A stretch of 64,000 bases of DNA from Sumerlaeia bacterium (GTDB taxonomy: Bacteria; Sumerlaeota; Sumerlaeia; SLMS01; JAHLLQ01), in the NCBI GenBank assembly GCA_040219255.1, contig JAVJSW010000068.1:1-64000 (forward strand), written 5' to 3'. The position numbers and the translations under genes are program-made. Each line of letters starts with the position of its first letter. Position 1 is the stretch's first letter. Below the pieces are notes generated by a model. It ran no database searches, had not been told where the DNA came from, and saw nothing but the letters and a program-made list of their open reading frames with translations. Shown piece after piece: positions 57,365 through 64,000 of the stretch.

Positions 57365-58819
57365 ATGACCGAATACGAAGCGATTATTGGATTCGAGGTC
57401 CACACCGAACTGAAGACCGAGTCCAAGATGTGGTGCGGCTGTCCCACCACCTTCGGCCAACCCACCAACACCCAGGTCTGCCCCGTCTGCCTCGGCATGC
57501 CGGGCTCGCTGCCGGTCATCAATCGGAAAGCCTACGAAATCGCCCTCGGCGTGGCGCTGGCGCTGAACTGCAAGATTCCCGAGCGCATGTCCTTCGACCG
57601 CAAGAACTACTACTATCCGGACCTGCCGAAGAACTACCAGATCAGCCAGGAGTACGAACCGCTGGGCCGCGATGGGCGCTTCGAATTCACCATGCCCGAT
57701 GGCTCGATTCATTCCGTCGGCATCCACAACATCCACCTGGAAGAAGACGCCGGCAAGAACATCCACCCCGAAGGCCGCGCCCACGTCGATTACTCGCTGG
57801 TCGATCTGAACCGCGCTGGCACGCCGCTGCTCGAAATCGTCTCGACCCCCGACATCCGCACCAAGGAAGAGGCCGAAGGCTTCATGCGCGGCATGAAGGC
57901 CCTCCTGGAGTACCTCGACGCCTCGGAAGCCAAAATGCAGGAAGGCCGCCTGCGCTTCGAACTCAACATCTCCATGCGGCCCAAGGGCACCGACATCCTC
58001 AATCCCCGCATCGAGGTCAAAAACCTCAACTCCATCTCCACTGTGCTCAAGTGCATCGACGCGGAAATCGAGCGCCAGGGCGAAGTGTACGCCAACGGCG
58101 GCACCGTCGATCCGGAAACCCGCCTCTGGGACGAAGCCAAATTCGAAACCCGCGCCATGCGCAGCAAAGAAACCAGCTTCGACTACCGCTACTTTCCCGA
58201 GCCCGACCTTGTGGACATCGAGATCACCGAAGACATGCGCCGCCGCGTGCGGGACTCGCTGCCCGAACTGCCCGCCGCCAAGCTCCGCCGCTTCGTCGAG
58301 GACTACGGCCTCTCCGAATACGATGCGGGCGTCCTGACGGGAACCCTCGCCATGGCGGAGTACTACGAATCCGCCGTCCGCGCCCACAACAACCCCAAGG
58401 CCATCGCCAACTGGGTGACGAACGAAATGGCCCGCCGGCTGAACGAAATGGGCGAGGACGCCACCGCCGCCGACTTTCCCGTGAAGCCGGGCGCTCTGGC
58501 CGAACTCGTCCAGATGATCGACGACGGCGCCATCACCAGCAAAATCGCCAAGGACGTCTATCCCCTCATGCTCGAGGAAGGCAAAATGCCATCCGCGATC
58601 GTGGAGGAAAAGGGCCTCAAGCCCATGGACGACAGCGCGCTCGGCCCGATCATCGACGACGTGATCGCCAAAAACGAGAAGATGGCCGCCGACGTCCGAG
58701 CCGGCAAAATGAAAGCCATCGGCGGCCTGATGGGCCAAGTCATGAAAGCCACCGGCGGCAAAGCCAACCCGAAGACCGTGCAGGACGAATTGAAGAAGCG
58801 GCTGGCCCCGGAAGCATGA
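57365..58819 (+). CDS. gatB: Asp/Glu-tRNA amidotransferase subunit B
   Basis: IGFEVHTEL, RKNYYYPDLPKNYQISQ, HLEEDAGK, DLNRAGTPL, YRYFPEPDL, GQVMK..GKANP. Confidence 0.98.
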   Translation: MTEYEAIIGFEVHTELKTESKMWCGCPTTFGQPTNTQVCPVCLGMPGSLPVINRKAYEIALGVALALNCKIPERMSFDRKNYYYPDLPKNYQISQEYEPLGRDGRFEFTMPDGSIHSVGIHNIHLEEDAGKNIHPEGRAHVDYSLVDLNRAGTPLLEIVSTPDIRTKEEAEGFMRGMKALLEYLDASEAKMQEGRLRFELNISMRPKGTDILNPRIEVKNLNSISTVLKCIDAEIERQGEVYANGGTVDPETRLWDEAKFETRAMRSKETSFDYRYFPEPDLVDIEITEDMRRRVRDSLPELPAAKLRRFVEDYGLSEYDAGVLTGTLAMAEYYESAVRAHNNPKAIANWVTNEMARRLNEMGEDATAADFPVKPGALAELVQMIDDGAITSKIAKDVYPLMLEEGKMPSAIVEEKGLKPMDDSALGPIIDDVIAKNEKMAADVRAGKMKAIGGLMGQVMKATGGKANPKTVQDELKKRLAPEA

Positions 58820-59589
58820 CCAAGCCCGCACTCCTCCTCGCCCGCCTCGATGCCATCGCCGCCTCCCTCGCCGCGCGGCCGGATGCTTTAGCGTTGCTGG
58901 GGTTGGGCTCCGTGGGGCGGGAACGTGAACGGCTCGACGCCTACTCCGACCTCGATTTTTTTGTCCTCGTGTCGGAGGGCGCGAAGGGGCGTTACGTCCA
59001 AAACCTCGATTGGCTCACAGAGATCCGCCCCGTCGTGTTCCAGTTTCAGAACACCGCCGATGGGTACAAGCTGCTCTTTGACGATGGCGTGTTTTGTGAA
59101 TTCGCGGTCTTCGAATTGTCTGAACTCGGCCAAATTCCCTATTCTCCCGGGCACATCGTCTGGAAACGCGAAGAGGTACCGGACAGTGTCGCCACGCCGG
59201 CCGTGCCCATGCCCGCGCCGCCCGCCAAGCCCGATGTGGACTGGGCTTTGGGCGAAGCGTTGACCAATCTTTATGTCGGTTTGGGGCGTTACCGGCGCGG
59301 CGAGAAACTCTCGGCGTTCAAGTTCGTGCAGAGCTACGCGCTGGATCGCGTGGTGGACCTGGCGAATATCGTTTTCGCGGAAAACGACGCCGCCCAGCGC
59401 GACCGCTTCGACCGCGAGCGCCGCATCGAGGCGCGCCTCCCCGGCGTCGAGGACCTGCTCGCCTCGCTGGCCCTCGGCTACGCCCGCACCCCCGAAGCGG
59501 CCTTGGCGATCCTGGACTTCCTCGAAGCCCGCTTCGAGGTCAACGCGGCGCTCGCGGAGGAAATCCGGCGCCTGGCGAACTCCACTTAA
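58816..59589 (+). CDS. Pol-beta-superfamily nucleotidyltransferase (LinB/AadK-like)
   Basis: LGS.G....D.YSDLDF motif plus a helical C-terminal domain; ATGA-coupled to gatB. Confidence 0.75.
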   Translation: MTKPALLLARLDAIAASLAARPDALALLGLGSVGRERERLDAYSDLDFFVLVSEGAKGRYVQNLDWLTEIRPVVFQFQNTADGYKLLFDDGVFCEFAVFELSELGQIPYSPGHIVWKREEVPDSVATPAVPMPAPPAKPDVDWALGEALTNLYVGLGRYRRGEKLSAFKFVQSYALDRVVDLANIVFAENDAAQRDRFDRERRIEARLPGVEDLLASLALGYARTPEAALAILDFLEARFEVNAALAEEIRRLANST

Positions 59590-59749
59590 CCCTATGACAG
59601 GTCCGTGTGGCACGAGTGTCCCGCCCGTGTCCGGCGGCGGTTTCTCTCAAAGAACCCACTCCGCGCCTGCTCTGTGAAGAGCCGCCGTCCGCCCACGGAA
59701 TCAAGCGTGGGCGGACGGGTGGCTGGTCTCGGGCGGAAGGACCGCCGCC

Positions 59750-61237
59750 TTACTCCGTCATCGCCTCGCGCATCATCTCGCCCCACACCGCGTAGCCGTC
59801 GCGGTTCATGTGGAGGCCGTCGGTGGTGAGGTCTTCGGGCAGGAGGCCGTCTTCGCCGACCAACGCTTTCCAGACATCGACGACCGGGAAGCCTTTTTCT
59901 TTGGCGAGGTTTTTCAGCTCTTCGTTGTAGGCGCGGGTGGCGTCGGCCAGATGGGCGTAGCGGCCGCTCACCGGGGCGCAGGTCACGACGTGGATCTTCG
60001 TGTCCGGCAGGTTGGCCCGTAGCGCTGTCAGGATTTCGTCGTATTCCTCGATCATGCGGGCGATGGAGGGCTCGCCGCCCTGGGCGCGCACGCCAAGGTC
60101 GTTGCGGCCGTTCTTGATAAAGAGGAAGTCCGGCGCGATGTCGAAGGCGCTGGCGTTGAGCCGGTGCGAGACCCCCCGGCTGGTGATGCCGAGCCGGTCG
60201 GCGGAAATGCCCCGGTCGAAGACGCGATAGCCATAATCGGTCAGAAATTCCTCAGGGAAACCCTCCGCGCTCGAGGAGCCGAGCAGCACCACGGTGGGGC
60301 TGCTGGCGATGTCGGCGTCCAGTTCCCACTGGGCGTTCTCGTCCACGAACCGGTTCATGCGGGCGTAGTAGTGGTTGAACCACTTGGGCGCGTTGGCGTC
60401 GGCGGCCAGCAGGTTGGCCTGGTGGAAATTGAGGTGCTGGGGCAGGTGCTCCCGCCAGTAATCCCAGGTGTGGCCGCCGGGGAATTCGCGCCAGATGTGG
60501 GGCACGCCCAGGTCCGTCAGGCGGTCGTGGAACTGGCGGTTGTCGCCGATGGCGGCAGTGTCGCTGGTGCCGCTGTCAAAGAGCAGGGCGATGTCCGTGT
60601 CCTGGAACGCGGGGGCGAGGTGCCAGGCCGAGTTGTCCTCCCAGGACTCGGTGTTTTCCTCATAGCTGCCCAGCCGGCCCAGCATGTGCCATTTGTCCGG
60701 GTGGTTCGTGATGTTCAGGATGCCCGACAGTGATGACGCCGACGCGAAGGTGTCCGGGTGTTTCGCGGCGAGGGTCATGGCGCCGTGGCCGCCCATGCTC
60801 AGGCCCATGATGCCGCGGCCTTCGCGCGTGCCGGTCGTGGGGAACATGCGGTCGATCAGGGGGATCAGCTCGCCGATCATGTACGACTCGTATTGAGAGT
60901 CCTTCTCGATGGGGCTGTCGAGGTACCAGCCGAATTCCCCGCCGTCGGGAAAGACCAGGATCAGGCGATAGTCGGCGGCGCGCTCGATGATGTCGGTTTG
61001 CGAGGGCCAATCGCGGTTCGACCCCCATGCGCCATGCAGTACGTAGAGCACCGGCATGGGCTTTTCGTCCGTGGCCGAGGCGGGCAGATAGACCTCGAAG
61101 GTTTGCTCGCGCTGCAGGGCGGGGCTGTAGTGGTTGATGATAAGGTGTTCAGGCGTCTGGGTCTGCGCCGCGACCCAGTTGGCCGCGAGGACGAACGCGC
61201 AGAGGAGACTGAGAAAGTGAGGGCGATACGTGATCAT
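59750..61237 (-). CDS. Exported alpha/beta esterase fused to an SGNH/GDSL domain
   Basis: Signal peptide; LYVLHG, GLSMGG, GGHTW; then LLGSS, GISAD, GRND, DGLH. Confidence 0.9.
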   Translation of the reverse strand: MITYRPHFLSLLCAFVLAANWVAAQTQTPEHLIINHYSPALQREQTFEVYLPASATDEKPMPVLYVLHGAWGSNRDWPSQTDIIERAADYRLILVFPDGGEFGWYLDSPIEKDSQYESYMIGELIPLIDRMFPTTGTREGRGIMGLSMGGHGAMTLAAKHPDTFASASSLSGILNITNHPDKWHMLGRLGSYEENTESWEDNSAWHLAPAFQDTDIALLFDSGTSDTAAIGDNRQFHDRLTDLGVPHIWREFPGGHTWDYWREHLPQHLNFHQANLLAADANAPKWFNHYYARMNRFVDENAQWELDADIASSPTVVLLGSSSAEGFPEEFLTDYGYRVFDRGISADRLGITSRGVSHRLNASAFDIAPDFLFIKNGRNDLGVRAQGGEPSIARMIEEYDEILTALRANLPDTKIHVVTCAPVSGRYAHLADATRAYNEELKNLAKEKGFPVVDVWKALVGEDGLLPEDLTTDGLHMNRDGYAVWGEMMREAMTE

Positions 61238-61371
61238 GAATAAGCGTCCCGAATTTTGAGGGATTTTGTATGCAACTGATTGCATGAGGAATTCCAGAGC
61301 GCAAGCCCAGCCACTCTCTGGATTCTCCGAAAATCACCGCTGGGGCGCTGGGATGGTTGGTCGAGGGAATT

Positions 61372-61487
61372 GCCACGGATGGGCACGGATATGCTTTCGA
61401 TTTCTTTGTTCAGACAGACAACCACTCCCAGCCGCCGGAAACAAGGGTCCGTAAACCATCCGAATCCAATCTGTGAAAATCCGTGGC
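61372..61487. repeat. Inverted-repeat element with periodic arms (type D)
   Basis: GCCACGGATGGGCACGGAT ... ATCTGTGAAAATCCGTGGC. Confidence 0.72.
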
Positions 61488-61568
61488 CACCATTCCTCAC
61501 CTTGCGTTGACGGCACGACTTCACGAGGCATGCTGTCCTCCTGGATCGCCATTCCGGGGACCGACGCC

Positions 61569-62411
61569 ATGCCGCTCCGCTTCGCCTATCGCACGTGCGC
61601 CTGCGCGCTTCATCGGCTCGAGGACGCCCTCGAACTGATCGCCGAAGCGGATTACGACGGCGTTTGCCTTTGCGTCGATTTTCCCCACTTCGATCCCTTC
61701 GCCGATCACTTCGAGGGCCGGGCGCGGGCGCTGGCGATGCGGCTCGAGACGCTGGGCCTGGCGCTGGTGATCGAGGCCCGGCAGCGCTTTCTGCTGAACC
61801 CCGCCGCGCCCTTCGAACCGACCCTGATTTCCGCTGAATCGCCCGGCCGCAGCACCGCCCAACGTTATCTGGCCCGTTGCCTGAAACTGGCGGCCTTGAT
61901 CCGCGCCGAGGGGGTGCGGGTCGCGTCCGGCGTGGTGCCGCCCGGGATGCCGCCGGAGGAGGCGCGGGTGCTGCTGGCCGAGAACTTCGAAACCATGATG
62001 GCCGCCGCCCGCCGCGGCCGGATCAAGGTTTCCGTCATGCCGGAAGCGGGCGCCCTGATCGACTCGGTCGAACAGTGGAAATGGCTCGAGAAAGCCGCCC
62101 GGGGCCATTCGCTCGCCTTCGATGTGGCGCTGGCGCACGCCACGGACGAGCACGCGCCGGAGGAAACGATTTGCGAGCTGGCGCCCCGTATCGGCTCGGT
62201 CACGCTGGCCGACAGCCTCCACGGCAACCCGGAGGCCCTGCCGCCCGGCCAAGGCGGGGCGGATCTAGTGGCAGTGCTGGCGGCGCTGGAGGAAATCGGC
62301 TTCGGCGGCCTGGTATGCGTAGGGCTTTCTTCCCAGAGCGAAACCGCCCACCGCGCCATTCCGGAGACACTGAGGATGCTGAAATCGCTCCAGCGGCGCA
62401 GCGACCAGTAG
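61569..62411 (+). CDS. Sugar-phosphate isomerase/epimerase TIM-barrel protein (degenerate)
   Basis: LEDAL..IA...YDGV, HFDPF, EPTLIS, LPPGQG..D...L.AL..IGF.G pattern. Confidence 0.78.
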   Translation: MPLRFAYRTCACALHRLEDALELIAEADYDGVCLCVDFPHFDPFADHFEGRARALAMRLETLGLALVIEARQRFLLNPAAPFEPTLISAESPGRSTAQRYLARCLKLAALIRAEGVRVASGVVPPGMPPEEARVLLAENFETMMAAARRGRIKVSVMPEAGALIDSVEQWKWLEKAARGHSLAFDVALAHATDEHAPEETICELAPRIGSVTLADSLHGNPEALPPGQGGADLVAVLAALEEIGFGGLVCVGLSSQSETAHRAIPETLRMLKSLQRRSDQ

Positions 62412-62449
62412 CGGCGGCTCTTCGCACGGAGACCTCAGACCCACCCATC

Positions 62450-63160
62450 ATGCCCTTCCTGACCGCCGACTGGCGCCACATTCTCCTCATCACCTACGAG
62501 GTCGCGCCCGATCGCCTCGCGCCCTACTGTCCCCAGGGCGTTGAGCCCGAGATCGCTCGCGGCGGCCGGGCCTATTGCAGCCTGGTGGCCTTCGACTTCC
62601 TCAACACGCGGGTGCTGGGTGTGAAATGGCCGGGCCACGTGAACTTTCCCGAATTCAACCTGCGGTTCTATGTCACCTCCAACGGCCAGCGCGGCGTCGT
62701 TTTCGTGCGCGAGTTGGTGCCCCAGCCGATCACCTGTGCCATGGCGCGCGTGCTCTATAACGAACCCTATTCTCCCGCCCGCTTCCGGCGGCGCCTCGAC
62801 CGCGAGGCTGGACTCATCAAGTACAGCCACGACGTCATCTTGCGCGGCACGACCCATCACGTTTCCGTCGAAGCGGAGGACGCGCCCTTCGAACCCGCGC
62901 CGGACAGCGCCGAGCACTTCTTCAAGGAGCAAAGCTGGGGCTTCGGCCAACGGCGTAGCGGCACGCCCCTGGCCTATCGTGTGGATCATCCGACTTGGCG
63001 CGTGTACCCGGTCCGGAGCTGGAGCTCCCGCGTCGATTGGGGCGCTCTTTACGGCCCGGCCTGGGTGGACATGGCGGGTGCTGAGCCAGAAAACGTGACC
63101 TTTGCCGAGGGCTCCGCCGTCACCGTTTCGCCCTGGCGAGGTTTGCCGGGGAAGGCATGA
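62450..63160 (+). CDS. DUF2071 (YqjF) family protein
   Basis: FLTADWR, SLVAF.F, FPEFNLRFYV, RGVVF, AR..YNEPY, VDHPTW. Confidence 0.9.
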   Translation: MPFLTADWRHILLITYEVAPDRLAPYCPQGVEPEIARGGRAYCSLVAFDFLNTRVLGVKWPGHVNFPEFNLRFYVTSNGQRGVVFVRELVPQPITCAMARVLYNEPYSPARFRRRLDREAGLIKYSHDVILRGTTHHVSVEAEDAPFEPAPDSAEHFFKEQSWGFGQRRSGTPLAYRVDHPTWRVYPVRSWSSRVDWGALYGPAWVDMAGAEPENVTFAEGSAVTVSPWRGLPGKA

Positions 63161-63181
63161 TCCGCCGCAACACCTCGCCGG

Positions 63182-63817
63182 CTAATACGTCGTCGCGTAC
63201 AAACCGCCCGTGCGTTCCATCCAGTCGGCGATGCGTTCCACCGCGCCGCCGATGTCGTTGTCCGAGACATCGACCGTCAAAGTCCGCAGCCGAGACTCGC
63301 CCACAAGGCAGTCCATGAGGCGCTGCTCTTCGATGAAAACATCGAGTGAGTCGTATTGACTCGGGTTGCCCGAGACTTTCAGGCGCCGTTCGCGGGCGGC
63401 GGCGAAGGAATCGGGCGAGCGCCGGCAGTAAATGAGACGGAAATCCAGGGCGGCGAGGCGATCCTCGAGCCAGCGGAAGTCGAGGTCTTTGCCCCGGTTG
63501 GTCAGTTGGAACGACCGCGTGGCGATGTGGAAACGGTCGACGATCCAGGAATAGTAGCGCTGAAGTTCGAAGAGGCGCATCCAGGTGGCGTAGGTTTCCA
63601 TCGCCATGGCTTCTTCTTCGGGATTGAAATTGATCAGCCCCCGGCCCCAGGGAAAGTTCGAGAAGGCGCACCATTCGCCGGAGACGACGGGCGAGTGGTA
63701 GCGGTATTTGCGGGGACCGACGAGGCGGGGATGCTCGTTGAGGGCGAAGGCGATATCGGTCTTGAAGGTCAGGCGGGTGCCTTCGAGGATGATTTTCGGA
63801 ACCAGTTTTCCACCCAT
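63182..63817 (-). CDS. Hypothetical P-loop / nucleotide kinase-like protein
   Basis: IILEGTRLTFKT (variant P-loop) and IVDRFH (DR motif of dNMP kinases). Confidence 0.65.
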   Translation of the reverse strand: MGGKLVPKIILEGTRLTFKTDIAFALNEHPRLVGPRKYRYHSPVVSGEWCAFSNFPWGRGLINFNPEEEAMAMETYATWMRLFELQRYYSWIVDRFHIATRSFQLTNRGKDLDFRWLEDRLAALDFRLIYCRRSPDSFAAARERRLKVSGNPSQYDSLDVFIEEQRLMDCLVGESRLRTLTVDVSDNDIGGAVERIADWMERTGGLYATTY

Positions 63818-64000
63818 GGCGGTGCGTGCCCCCTTTCGGTTTGGAGCGGTCGAATCACCCGGCATTGAGACTGGTGCGCCGGGGCGAGGGCAACAAGTCC
63901 CCTCCTTCGCCGCAGGTCATAATCGGCGGCTGGGGAATTTCGCCGCGATGGACGGTCGATGGGTTCACGCGCTGAATTTCGAAGGGAGGGTTTGCCGGCG

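Noticed and set aside
57283-58815. Apparent long N-terminal extension of the nucleotidyltransferase (768-aa ORF)
   Set aside because: Alternative frame over gatB. The real start is the ATGA overlap at 58816.

Overview
High-GC bacterial chromosomal window with about 60 CDS. I found no rRNA, tRNA, CRISPR array, transposase or integrase. It is mostly housekeeping and metabolic genes: ybeY, mtnA, recA, metX, an lplT-aas fusion, rpmE2, prfB with its programmed +1 frameshift, nhaC, tex, thiC with a TPP riboswitch, accA and gatB. It also encodes many exported hydrolases and two B12-dependent radical SAM enzymes. The protein style suggests a poorly characterised lineage, possibly Candidatus Sumerlaeota (BRC1); this is inference only. 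Main points of interest: (1) a 1,675-bp-period tandem duplication at 26.9-30.2 kb giving two 519-aa polytopic membrane proteins with near-identical ends and divergent AT-rich cores, joined by a 44-aa fragment of the downstream glycosyltransferase, with a similar tandem paralog array at 0.1-2.3 kb; (2) a family of dispersed intergenic elements built from ~9-bp-period CCRCRGAK units, often in inverted pairs around variable DNA, one copy bordering small toxin-antitoxin-like genes; (3) a BldC-like HTH fused to a CarH-like B12 domain lacking the ExH histidine, with a 9-bp direct-repeat candidate operator, heading an SDR/FAD oxidoreductase/DUF1365/cfa/DUF2878 operon; (4) a candidate C-terminal sorting motif DVExW on two exported proteins. 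All family assignments come from motif recognition by eye; no database searches were run.
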